A stretch of DNA of 64,000 bases from an uncultured Hyphomicrobiales bacterium. Lineage in GTDB: Bacteria; Bacteroidota; Ignavibacteria; Kapaibacteriales; UBA2268. Positions within the stretch are counted from its first letter, which is position 1. Each line of letters begins with the position of its first letter. Below the pieces are notes generated by a model, which worked only from the letters and a program-made list of their open reading frames with translations, ran no database searches and had not been told where the DNA came from. Both the position numbers and the translations under genes were made by a program. Positions 48,448-57,618 of the stretch are shown piece after piece. The stretch is from the NCBI GenBank assembly GCA_964634885.1, contig CAZWLN010000007.1:1008-65007 (forward strand). Direction: 5' to 3'.

Positions 48448-50409
48448 ATGAATAAAGAACTTGAAAATAAAGGAGCGGATGCCGGCCAGCCGAAGTTCGG
48501 GCTGATAGGGTTGATCATTACGATGGGTATCGTTTACGGGGACATCGGCACTTCACCGCTTTATGTAATGAACGCTCTGATCGACGGCAGCCGGCTCAGC
48601 GCCGATTTCATCATCGGGGCCATATCCTGTGTGATATGGACCCTGACATTTCAAACCACGATAAAGTATGTGCTGATTACGTTGAAAGCCCACAATAAGG
48701 GGGAAGGCGGCATCCTGGCACTCTATGCGCTTCTGAGGAAGAAGAAGAAGTACCTGTTCGCATTCGCTGTCGTCGGTGGTGCGGCATTGCTTGCCGACGG
48801 GGTCATTACACCGGCAATCACCATCACTTCCGCCGTCGAAGGACTGAGGGGCATCTACCCCGACATTCCCGTCCTGCCGATAGTATTAGTGATTTTTGCA
48901 GTCTTGTTTTTCTCCCAGCAATTCGGGACTGAAAAACTCGGGAAATCATTCGGCCCGATTATGCTGGTCTGGTTTTCGACAATCGGAGTCCTGGGATTCA
49001 TGGAAATATTCGAGTTCCCCGAAGTGTTGAAGGCATTCAATCCCTATTATGTGTATGTCTTCCTTACTCGATTCCCGGAAGGATTTGTACTGCTCGGAGC
49101 AGTATTCCTGTGTACAACCGGAGCCGAAGCCCTGTACTCCGACCTGGGGCATTGCGGCTACAAGAACATCAAAGTGTCGTGGCTGTTCGTCAAAGCGACA
49201 CTCATCCTGAACTACCTGGGGCAAGGCGCCTGGGTACTGACCCATCCGGAAATGGTTACGGCAACCACCAACCCGTTTTTTTCGATAATGCCGCAATGGT
49301 TCCTTATGGCCGGCATCATCCTGGCAACACTCGCGTCCATCATCGCCAGCCAGGCGCTGATCAGCGGTACGTTCACCCTGATTTCCGAAGCCATACAACT
49401 GAACTTCTGGCCCAAACTCAAGGTGGACCATCCCACAGAACTGAAAGGACAGATGTATATACCTTTCATCAACTGGCTCCTGTTCATCGGCTGCTGCTTT
49501 GTAGAAATCTATTTCGTCGAGTCTTCGAGAATGGAAGCGGCTTACGGCCTGGCAATCACCATTACCATGCTCATGACCACAATTCTGGTAACCTTCCACC
49601 TGAGGCTGAATAAAAAAAGGAATTTACCTCTTGTTGCTTTGTTCATGACAGTTTTCCTGACGATAGAGCTGTCGTTCCTGTACGCGTGCAGCAGCAAGTT
49701 CATACACGGCGGCTGGTTCACCATCATGCTGTCCTCTTTCTTCGCCCTGATTATGTTCGTGTGGTTCAGGACGAGGGAGATAAAAAAGCGCTACCTCCAG
49801 TTCTGCGACTTTCGTGAATACTTTCCCGCCATCAAGGACCTGCAGAAAGACGAGAAGGTACCCATCTTCACTTCGAATCTGGTTTACCTTACAAAAGCAG
49901 ACCGGCCGTCGGACATCGAAAGCAAGATTATCTATTCCATCCTGAATAAGTTTCCCAAAAGAGCCGACAAATACTGGATTCTACACATCAACTACACCGA
50001 CGAACCCGAGACAATGGAGTATTTTGTTACACAATTGGTTCCGGACATCGTTTTCAGGATAGATTTTAACATTGGATTCAGGATAAGCCCCAAAGTTAAC
50101 GTCTTTTTCAGGAAAGCTGTAGGAGACCTGATCGACAGCGGAGAGATCGACATTGTCAGCAGTTTCCCGTCGCTCAGGAAACACAAGATACAGGGTGACT
50201 TCAAGTTCGTGTTGATTGACAGGATACATACGCACGATTTTGACCTGAACTTCTTTGACAAGATGATTATGAACCTCTACGAACTATTCAACAGGGCCAG
50301 CGTGCCTGAAAGCAAAGCGTTCGGCCTGGACACCAGTGTTGTAATAGACGAGAAAGTGCCTCTCCATCACAAAACAGCCATGCCTGAGAACCTGGTGCGT
50401 GTAGGTTAA
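48448..50409 (+). CDS. kup: Potassium uptake protein Kup/HAK/KT family
   Basis: Signature 'GIVYGDIGTSPLYVMNALI' near the N-terminus, about 12 TM segments, a cytoplasmic C-terminal domain, and a length of 653 aa. Confidence 0.93.
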   Translation: MNKELENKGADAGQPKFGLIGLIITMGIVYGDIGTSPLYVMNALIDGSRLSADFIIGAISCVIWTLTFQTTIKYVLITLKAHNKGEGGILALYALLRKKKKYLFAFAVVGGAALLADGVITPAITITSAVEGLRGIYPDIPVLPIVLVIFAVLFFSQQFGTEKLGKSFGPIMLVWFSTIGVLGFMEIFEFPEVLKAFNPYYVYVFLTRFPEGFVLLGAVFLCTTGAEALYSDLGHCGYKNIKVSWLFVKATLILNYLGQGAWVLTHPEMVTATTNPFFSIMPQWFLMAGIILATLASIIASQALISGTFTLISEAIQLNFWPKLKVDHPTELKGQMYIPFINWLLFIGCCFVEIYFVESSRMEAAYGLAITITMLMTTILVTFHLRLNKKRNLPLVALFMTVFLTIELSFLYACSSKFIHGGWFTIMLSSFFALIMFVWFRTREIKKRYLQFCDFREYFPAIKDLQKDEKVPIFTSNLVYLTKADRPSDIESKIIYSILNKFPKRADKYWILHINYTDEPETMEYFVTQLVPDIVFRIDFNIGFRISPKVNVFFRKAVGDLIDSGEIDIVSSFPSLRKHKIQGDFKFVLIDRIHTHDFDLNFFDKMIMNLYELFNRASVPESKAFGLDTSVVIDEKVPLHHKTAMPENLVRVG

Positions 50410-50600
50410 AGAAGATGCATTGATGACAGGTGCGATTTCAGACTGGAATTGTCCGGCCTGACGGTTTGCATTGTCCTGTTGTTCCACTCATCATCGATGT
50501 TGCTATTAAGAATGCTGCCGAAACATACGCCTGCCGTGTTCATTGTGCTACCTGTGAAACCCTGGCCGTGCTGTCGCTTCTTTTTGCCGTTTCCATGGAA
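50407..50600 (-). pseudogene. Decayed 3'-end fragment of a radical SAM/SPASM gene (paralog/duplicate of 53242-54246). It has no start codon and an internal deletion.
   Basis: Minus-strand translation 'NGKKKRQHGQGFTGSTMNTAGVCFGSILNSNIDDEWNNRTMQ' aligns to rSAM residues 'NGKDKRKSCYWLW...SSDFSFGNILHNSINDEWNNRTMQ'. The nucleotide identity is ~76% over ~58 bp, with 27 of the first 30 positions matching, against 53331-53390. Its stop overlaps the kup stop on the opposite strand. Confidence 0.5.
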
Positions 50601-50701
50601 CGGGCTGAGATTATGTGTTTACTAACAAGAAAAAGTATTTTTTATTCGAAGTCTTTTTTTTATATTAATGAAAATTATTTTGTAATTTTTACTGATTCTG
50701 T

Positions 50702-52534
50702 ATGACAAAGCGAATACTATACTTGTTTTTAATACTTCAACTATATTCCTGCGAATATCCTCTTGACGAACTGGAAAATTCCGGAGCAATTAAACCGGAT
50801 AAGCCCCCGGTAATCGAGTTAGGAAAGAATTTCACCGGCGACACGATTTATCTGTACAAGGGACTGTCCGTAAACCTCGAGTTTAAGGCCGACTCTGCTA
50901 TCGATGTATCAGGTTATACCTTAATACTCGATGACGACACCATATCTAAGAGTAATTATTCTTTCAGTCTTATTAATTATTATATTGAAAACGGTACAGG
51001 TAGCCCAAAAGGCCAACTGAGCCTGGGAATACACAAATTACAAGTCAATGTTTACTCTCATTCATCTTCAGGTTCCATAGCCGACGGAATGGGACTTGAA
51101 AGATATTTTTACACATATTTCTGGTATGTCAACATCAGGGATTTTCCTAATTTCCTTCATTTCAGGACGGATACTACTTCCAATGTCCTGAAGCTATGTT
51201 GGGATAAATATACCCCTCCCGATTTTAAAGCTTACCTGTTTAATTCGTTCTGGGAGACACAAAACAATTGGATTCAAGAATCCATATTAGATATTAATAA
51301 AGTCTGTATGGAAGATTCAGCTTATGTCGGCTACCCCACGTATTATTATTTTGACGTTAAAAGCAGTTGCGGTAACATAAGAATCGGCAGCATTACTGCC
51401 TCTTGGTCATTGCCTTCATTCAATAAAATCACTTATGAAGACCAGAAATACTATTTAAACTGGAATGACAGCAAATACCAGCACTTGATCAGCGAATACC
51501 ATATATTCACAAACTCTGGTAAGAAGACAGTTGTCAAAGATCCAAACTGCAGGAAATTCAATATTACTGACGTCGGATTCCTTACAGGCTCAAAGTATTG
51601 GGTTCTGCCTCTCTCCAGGTACGACAACAACAGAACGAATTTCTCTAAGTACCTCCGGCCTGAAAGCCTTGCGTGCAAAACAGACCTGGGCGAAAAATAC
51701 GGTTCCGGGTACAGTTACTGCGGTAAGGCTGCCAATGGTAACTTCTGTTTTAAAATCAGCGATGAAAACAAATGTGCAATATATAATCCTACCCAGGGGA
51801 AAGTAGTAAAAACATTAAATTATATATTCCAGTCTTTTTCTCCCAACGGCAGATATGGAGTTTTCTGTTCGGTTGAAAGCCAGATGTATTATATCATCTG
51901 CGTTTATGACCTGATTAATGATAATATGGTGTACAAACTGAAAACCCTTGACATTCTCGATACTAATATTTCCGTCAACTTTAAAATATCCGATAACCTC
52001 ATCGGTGTGCTAAGTTTTGGCAACAACCTTGTTGCATACGATTTCAAAGAAAAGAAAATATTAGCAAGTAAGCAATACTACAGCAAAATATGGGGTATAG
52101 CAGTATCTTCCGGAGGAAAGTATTTCTATATCGACAGCGAAAGCGAAAATGAGATCGATTGCATTCAAAACGGCAGCTTTGTTAAGAAGTATAATCTTAA
52201 CGACAAGGGATGCCTGTTCAATCCTGAATCTGAAGATGAAATTGTTTATTCGGTAGCTGACGAAAATAAATATATACTTATGAACCTTGACAACGGTAAT
52301 AAAAAGACATTGCTTACCGGAAATGGTCTCCTGGATATTGATTTCTACAATGAGCAATATGTCATTTATAGTGTCGGTTATCTTAGTGTATGGAATTTTA
52401 ATAACATAAAATTATTTGACATCAAGACATCGCTCGATTTAAGTTTTGGCCTGGTAAATACCGGATTGGCCCTGAACAACAAAATTCTTCTTCACAAGAA
52501 TGGATACTTACTTGATATGAGGAGCTTCTATTGA
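50702..52534 (+). CDS. Hypothetical lipoprotein (610 aa), AT-rich gene, no recognised domain
   Basis: Lipoprotein signal 'MTKRILYLFLILQLYSCEYP' (lipobox L-Y-S-C). The body is Asn/Tyr/Ser-rich. The stop overlaps the start of the next gene (ATGA-type coupling at 52531-52534). Confidence 0.5.
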   Translation: MTKRILYLFLILQLYSCEYPLDELENSGAIKPDKPPVIELGKNFTGDTIYLYKGLSVNLEFKADSAIDVSGYTLILDDDTISKSNYSFSLINYYIENGTGSPKGQLSLGIHKLQVNVYSHSSSGSIADGMGLERYFYTYFWYVNIRDFPNFLHFRTDTTSNVLKLCWDKYTPPDFKAYLFNSFWETQNNWIQESILDINKVCMEDSAYVGYPTYYYFDVKSSCGNIRIGSITASWSLPSFNKITYEDQKYYLNWNDSKYQHLISEYHIFTNSGKKTVVKDPNCRKFNITDVGFLTGSKYWVLPLSRYDNNRTNFSKYLRPESLACKTDLGEKYGSGYSYCGKAANGNFCFKISDENKCAIYNPTQGKVVKTLNYIFQSFSPNGRYGVFCSVESQMYYIICVYDLINDNMVYKLKTLDILDTNISVNFKISDNLIGVLSFGNNLVAYDFKEKKILASKQYYSKIWGIAVSSGGKYFYIDSESENEIDCIQNGSFVKKYNLNDKGCLFNPESEDEIVYSVADENKYILMNLDNGNKKTLLTGNGLLDIDFYNEQYVIYSVGYLSVWNFNNIKLFDIKTSLDLSFGLVNTGLALNNKILLHKNGYLLDMRSFY

Positions 52535-53190
52535 AAAAGATAATAGTAATACTTTTGATTATCAGCTGTAAGTGCTATGCCGGCAATCTTGCCTTCAGTG
52601 TCAGCAGTTCCTACGGACAGTACAGCATGTCCAAACTGAAGGTCGTTAACTCGGAGGTGATGTCTTCGCTTCCGTTCTCTACAAAATTAATTAATGATTT
52701 CCCGGGTTATTATACATTTTCCTTTGAAAGCTATTACCTTGATTCCAAGCATTTCATGTTTGGCCTGCGCTATACAAACGAGACTACCGCCTCAAGGCTC
52801 GGGACCATTGACTATTCAGGATCTTTCAGGTTCGATCAGACAATGAATTCCGGATCCATTGCTTTAATGGTATATTATCCATTTAGAAGTTATGAGGTGC
52901 AGGTACTCTTGGGATTAGACCTCGGAATAAAATTTACCGGTTATTCCTCTGAAAAAGAGTTCACTCTCGGCAATACTACAAAAAAAATAACAGAGATGAA
53001 AGACTATACAAATTTTTACTCTATGCCGGGCATCAGGATTGTCTATCCCATTAGTTCTTTCAACCTGGCCTTTAACTTTAACTATCATTTGGGAATAGAT
53101 AAAGATACGGGTGCCACAACAGTAGCGAAAGAATGGAATGGTGTCAGAATCGGCCTTTCATTTGCAGTTATTTTCGACCTTTCTGAATAA
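52531..53190 (+). CDS. Hypothetical outer-membrane beta-barrel-like protein (219 aa), AT-rich gene
   Basis: Signal peptide 'MKKIIVILLIISCKCYA'. Alternating hydrophobic/polar beta-strand pattern with Tyr/Phe/Gly-rich turns (e.g. 'YTFSFESYYLD', 'FMFGLRYTNE', 'IALMVYYPF', 'NLAFNFNYHLG'). Topology is predicted by eye only. Confidence 0.45.
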   Translation: MKKIIVILLIISCKCYAGNLAFSVSSSYGQYSMSKLKVVNSEVMSSLPFSTKLINDFPGYYTFSFESYYLDSKHFMFGLRYTNETTASRLGTIDYSGSFRFDQTMNSGSIALMVYYPFRSYEVQVLLGLDLGIKFTGYSSEKEFTLGNTTKKITEMKDYTNFYSMPGIRIVYPISSFNLAFNFNYHLGIDKDTGATTVAKEWNGVRIGLSFAVIFDLSE

Positions 53191-53241
53191 CGCTTTATAT
53201 ATTTACCGTACTGCATATAGTGTGAATCAATACTATGCATC

Positions 53242-54246
53242 CTACCACAGCTTGTAGCAGTCTAAGCAGATGCAGCCATCCAATTCCCTGACAATGGCCG
53301 GGTCTTTTTCGATGAACAGTTTCCTGATGTTTTGCATTGTCCGGTTGTTCCATTCGTCATTAATACTATTATGCAGGATATTGCCGAAGGAGAAATCGCT
53401 TGACAGGCCTGCCAGGCAGCAGGCTTTCAGGTCTCCCTGCCATGTAATGTTCGCCACGTACCACAGCCAGTAACAGGACTTCCTTTTGTCTTTTCCATTC
53501 TTTGGGACATTAACAGCCATGTCCCTGAGGTCTTTAACCAAGTGGCGGTCTGCTCCGAGATCGATAGATAATTGCCTGACCTGCTCCGCCTCGTGCTCAT
53601 TTTCATTGAATGTTACAAACTGTGTTTCAATTAACGGGTGCTTACTCTTTCTTGCCCTTTTTCTCTCAGCCAGGTATCTTGTGTTTTCGACGACTTTCTC
53701 TAAGCTGCCACCGGTACGTACCTTCCGGTACACTTCCTCTGTGGCGGCGTCGAGCCCGACGATCAGGTAATCGAGGCCCGCATCGATGAACTGTTCCGTG
53801 TCTTCTTTGGCAATGGTATTAAAGTTTGTGCTGACGGCAGTTACTATGTTGTTCCTGGAGGCATACTCCACCATTCGGAAGAAATCTCTGTTCAACAATG
53901 ACTCGCCCACACCGTCAAGCCGGACCAATATGAGGTACTCTTTCAGGTCATCGACAATCTTTTTGAAGCCTTCGTAGTCGAGGTATCCCTTTTTCTGAAG
54001 GTTGGTTTCGTTGCCTGTCAGGCAGTATGGGCACTTCAGATTGCAGACATTAGTAAGTTCTACGTGCAATATGAAAGGATGGGCCGCCATCGTGAGCTTC
54101 TTTCTACGACGCTCATACTCAGCTCTCATCGCATTCATTAACTTCTTTAAACCAATCTTTTTTTTCGTTTTGATAATCGCAGGTAAATACCTCAGGAATG
54201 TCTGTCCCAGTTCCTGCGGCCCGTAAAGCAAAGATAACAATTTCAT
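53242..54246 (-). CDS. Radical SAM protein with C-terminal SPASM-type auxiliary cluster domain (peptide/protein-modifying maturase-like)
   Basis: Radical SAM core 'PFILHVELTNVCNLKCPYCLTG' (CxxxCxxC). The C-terminal Cys cluster 'LKACCLAGLSS...GCICLDCYKLW' is SPASM-like. A ~60-aa N-terminal extension precedes the core. Confidence 0.85.
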   Translation of the reverse strand: MKLLSLLYGPQELGQTFLRYLPAIIKTKKKIGLKKLMNAMRAEYERRRKKLTMAAHPFILHVELTNVCNLKCPYCLTGNETNLQKKGYLDYEGFKKIVDDLKEYLILVRLDGVGESLLNRDFFRMVEYASRNNIVTAVSTNFNTIAKEDTEQFIDAGLDYLIVGLDAATEEVYRKVRTGGSLEKVVENTRYLAERKRARKSKHPLIETQFVTFNENEHEAEQVRQLSIDLGADRHLVKDLRDMAVNVPKNGKDKRKSCYWLWYVANITWQGDLKACCLAGLSSDFSFGNILHNSINDEWNNRTMQNIRKLFIEKDPAIVRELDGCICLDCYKLW

Positions 54247-54576
54247 TCAGCCTCTTCATTCCAAGTCCTGTTATTGCTACCTGTCAAAAAGCACAGAATC
54301 AGTAACAGGAATAAACCAGATAATAATTCATATCGTTATGTTTCTGTAAACGATATATCATCGTGAATATTTTGAAGATCCGGCCGGGCAATAGTATATT
54401 GACATTCTGTGCCAGGTGGCACCGGTCAATTGGAAAGGCCCTGCCATTACTATTCCTTTACTTATGATTCACCCAATGCTTTTTTCATAAAGTATAAATC
54501 TTTAATCAGAAAATATTATCAGAATTCTTCGTCTAAATAATAATAAAATAATTGTGTTGAATTAATTGATGACACT

Positions 54577-54789
54577 ATGGCTGAACAGATGATATATTCA
54601 AAGATTCGCGAGTTGCCTGTCGATATGAAAAAAGAGGTCAATGATTTCGTGGATTTTCTTCTTGCAAAACGTCGGAACAATAATTCCCAGGCAAAAAAGC
54701 AAAGAATATTCGGCTATGCGAAAGGATCAATTGTAATAAAAAGCAATTTTGATGAACCACTTGAAGACTTCAAAGAGTATATGCAATGA
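54577..54789 (+). CDS. DUF2281-like small protein (putative type II antitoxin) with no cognate toxin gene
   Basis: 70 aa. 'IRELPVDMKKEVNDFVDFLLAK' followed by an acidic tail '...DEPLEDFKEYMQ' resembles the DUF2281 pattern. The family assignment is from memory. Confidence 0.4.
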   Translation: MAEQMIYSKIRELPVDMKKEVNDFVDFLLAKRRNNNSQAKKQRIFGYAKGSIVIKSNFDEPLEDFKEYMQ

Positions 54790-54813
54790 ATTTACTATTA
54801 GACACACTTTGTC

Positions 54814-55629
54814 TCACTCTACCAAAGCCAGTTTCTCAATTAATTCCGCGCAGCCGCCGTTACAGATGTATTCTGTGTGTTCGCCGAGGCTGCCGAAACT
54901 CCGTCCGGCAATTTTCCTGCATTCCAACTCATAGCCGGTAATTTTCATGAACCTGTCTAAGGTACCCTTCGCCTTCGGATTATTGTAAGGTGACTTACCG
55001 GGATTGTCTTTCATCCACGCAATTGTGTTGAGCCAAATGGCAGCAGCCAGTGCACCGCAGCCGCTGCCGCTGAGGCCGATGCCCCCGGCAAAGCCGGCAA
55101 CCATGGCTGCGTGTTCCTCGTCTGCCCCCATTTTCCGCGCCAGTTCAGAAGCACAACTCAAGGCTTGCTCCGAAGGGCAGGCAGCTTCGGCGGCCAAACC
55201 TTTTTTGGCTGCAGAGACAGCTTCCGGCGCCCATTTCTCAGCGTATTTGAAGCAGGACCTGGCTTTCAAAAAGATGAATTTCGCCATACTCAGCTTACTT
55301 GCAAAATTCGTCTCGGTTATGTCATAGCACTCACAACTGCCGAACCTTCCTGCAAACGACCCTGCAATATGTTGCGATGCAACAATGGCCCTGGCCGTAG
55401 AGTTACCGTTACTCCTGCGCCGGGCTTCGGCTCCTGCGGCGATTACGGCGCCCCAAAGCATACCGCATTGATAGCCCTGTTGCATTATCCCGCCGGCAAA
55501 AGGGTCTGCTGCTTTTTGCTCTTCATCATTCAGGGCGCCGAATTCGCGGTTGAGAAGGTAAAAGAATGTACGGGAGCAGGTCCCCTGTTCTTTGAATACT
55601 TTCTTAGTGTCGTTATTTTCATCTATCAT
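54814..55629 (-). CDS. C_GCAxxG_C_C-family putative redox-active protein
   Basis: Gly/Ala/Cys-rich 271-aa protein with 'GGIGLSGSGCGALAAAIW', 'CGMLWGAVIAAGAE', and the C-terminal Cys pair 'CNGGCAELI', as in the C_GCAxxG_C_C family. The assignment is tentative. Confidence 0.4.
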   Translation of the reverse strand: MIDENNDTKKVFKEQGTCSRTFFYLLNREFGALNDEEQKAADPFAGGIMQQGYQCGMLWGAVIAAGAEARRRSNGNSTARAIVASQHIAGSFAGRFGSCECYDITETNFASKLSMAKFIFLKARSCFKYAEKWAPEAVSAAKKGLAAEAACPSEQALSCASELARKMGADEEHAAMVAGFAGGIGLSGSGCGALAAAIWLNTIAWMKDNPGKSPYNNPKAKGTLDRFMKITGYELECRKIAGRSFGSLGEHTEYICNGGCAELIEKLALVE

Positions 55630-55642
55630 GATTATTCCTTTT

Positions 55643-56557
55643 CTAATCTGTTTGGTCGAATGTAATTACAACGTTACCTCTTTTGTGCCGCTTTTCCACA
55701 TACCTGTGTGCCTCCGGCACCTGTTCCAGCGGGTACCGCCTGTCGATGACCGCCCTGATCTTCCCTTCTGCTGCCAGGTTCCCAAGAAAAACCAGGTAAT
55801 CTGTTTTCTCTTTTGTGGGTTTCCTTACGGACACGTAAGCCCCGTCCTTCGCTAAGGACTTTTCACAGGCTGAACGGCGTATCTTGCCCACAGCGTCAAA
55901 AATTACATCATAGCTTTCACCGTTTTTCCTGAAGTCTTCCTTTGTGTAGTCAATTACCCGGGCGGCCCCGAGACTTCCGACCATATCCATGTTATCCGTG
56001 CTGCAAACGCCTGTAACATCCGCACCGAAATAGACTGCAAGCTGCACGGCATAGGTACCGACGGAGCCGGAAGCTCCGTAAACCAGGACTTTGCAGCCCT
56101 TCCGGATATTTACTTTATTCAGAAGGTACATGGCCGTCATACCTCCTACAGGCAGGGCTGCCGCTTCTTCGAAAGGCACAGCTCCCGGTTTGACAGCTAC
56201 CACACCCTGCTTCCACCGTTCGGGTATGCATATATACTGTGAATTGCCCCCAGTACGCAGGCCCGTAGTAGTGCCAAACACCTCGTCCCCGGCTTTGAAC
56301 AGCTTCACGTCTTTACCTGTCGATTCCACTACTCCGGCGAACTCTGTACCTGGAACGGTTTTCACCTTGAATCCGAACATCATGCCCAGCGGTATTAATA
56401 CTATACGCGGCATCTTTCTTAACAAAACGTCGCCAATCGTAACTGTAGCTGCTTTAACTTTAACAATCATCTCATTGTCCTGCGGCACGGGTTTGCCAAT
56501 CTCTTCAAGCCGAAGGACATCCGCTGTTCCCGACTTTCGACAGGTTATTGCTTTCAT
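55643..56557 (-). CDS. Zinc-independent medium-chain dehydrogenase/reductase (quinone oxidoreductase-like)
   Basis: GroES-like N-terminus. Rossmann motif 'VLVYGASGSVGTYAVQLAVYFGADV'. 304 aa. Confidence 0.85.
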   Translation of the reverse strand: MKAITCRKSGTADVLRLEEIGKPVPQDNEMIVKVKAATVTIGDVLLRKMPRIVLIPLGMMFGFKVKTVPGTEFAGVVESTGKDVKLFKAGDEVFGTTTGLRTGGNSQYICIPERWKQGVVAVKPGAVPFEEAAALPVGGMTAMYLLNKVNIRKGCKVLVYGASGSVGTYAVQLAVYFGADVTGVCSTDNMDMVGSLGAARVIDYTKEDFRKNGESYDVIFDAVGKIRRSACEKSLAKDGAYVSVRKPTKEKTDYLVFLGNLAAEGKIRAVIDRRYPLEQVPEAHRYVEKRHKRGNVVITFDQTD

Positions 56558-56966
56558 TCATCTATCCCGGTACATTTAACATCTTCAAAATTGCGTTTTT
56601 GGAAAGTACGGCTGATCACGGATATTGTTTCAAAATGAATACTCATTTACCGGTCCGAGTAATTGGGGGATTGTCCTCCTGTCTGCCTGGAAACAACTTC
56701 CGCGGTTTTCGGTATTGAGGTTTTGGAGGCATCATTCAATGTAACACCTGATTAAAAGATCACCATCAAACTTCTTAATATTCCCATGCCGGTTAATACT
56801 TCATAAACGCATATACAAGATACACTTAATCAAAGGCATAATTATTGTAATATTTATTTTTAAAAAAAATTGAAAAAAATTCATTTTCCTCATAATATTT
56901 ACAAAATCAACACGTTCTTAGCCATGCAATTTTTGTTCTTTGAACGTTTTTTGGAGGTTTTAAACC

Positions 56967-57215
56967 ATGAAGAAGTTAGTATTTTTCATTATGTTTGCCC
57001 TGATGGTCGGCAGCGTTGGCGTATATGCAGGTACGGACAATAAGACAACAAAAGAGCCTAAGACTGAAAAAGTCGTCGAGAAGAAAGCTCCCGAAAAGAA
57101 GCTTGCTACAACAAAGGCTCCCAAAGTGCAATGCAAGTTTGTTGATGACAAAGGCAAACAATGCAAAAAGAAAACATCTGATCCCAGCGGTTTCTGCAAA
57201 AAACACAAGAAATAA
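56967..57215 (+). CDS. Small secreted lysine-rich protein (82 aa) with C-x7-C-x10-C-x2-H motif
   Basis: Strong RBS (GGAGG 9 nt upstream). Signal peptide 'MKKLVFFIMFALMVGSVGVYA'. Low-complexity K/E/T/P region. C-terminus 'QCKFVDDKGKQCKKKTSDPSGFCKKHKK'. Confidence 0.5.
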   Translation: MKKLVFFIMFALMVGSVGVYAGTDNKTTKEPKTEKVVEKKAPEKKLATTKAPKVQCKFVDDKGKQCKKKTSDPSGFCKKHKK

Positions 57216-57618
57216 TCTTCAGGAGTCGTCGATTCCTCAGGATTACGGTTTACAAAACCACTGATAATCGTGTTGGAGGTATGGGAGCAATCCCATACTG
57301 TACCCTCACTCTGACGGGCCTGCTGTTGAATGCGGCAGGCCCGTGGAGCCAGCCTCAAAGAACAAATTTCCAAACTATTTTTTAAATATATTCCCATCAA
57401 CGACACAGGCGCGGCACTGCCGATCAACCCAGCACAACAGCATAACGTCATCAGGCCCCTCATCTCAAGGCGAAGACGATGTGCCCCTTTGACAAAAATT
57501 CCAAAATAATCTGATAGTAATACAATTAAAATCCAATTAAAACGGCGTTTATGTAAATTTTTTCATTTTTTGGTCGTAATATGCATTAAGAAAAAGTACT
57601 ATGGTAAGGAGGTATATA

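Noticed and set aside
50430-50705. 91-aa plus-strand ORF between kup and the lipoprotein gene
   Set aside because: It lies opposite the rSAM 3' pseudogene fragment. The sequence is better explained as a decayed minus-strand gene remnant.
57290-57345. Hairpin 'gggcctgctg-ttgaatg-cggcaggccc' downstream of the small basic protein gene, as a possible terminator
   Set aside because: It is not followed by a T-run and sits ~100 bp past the stop. At best it is a weak terminator.
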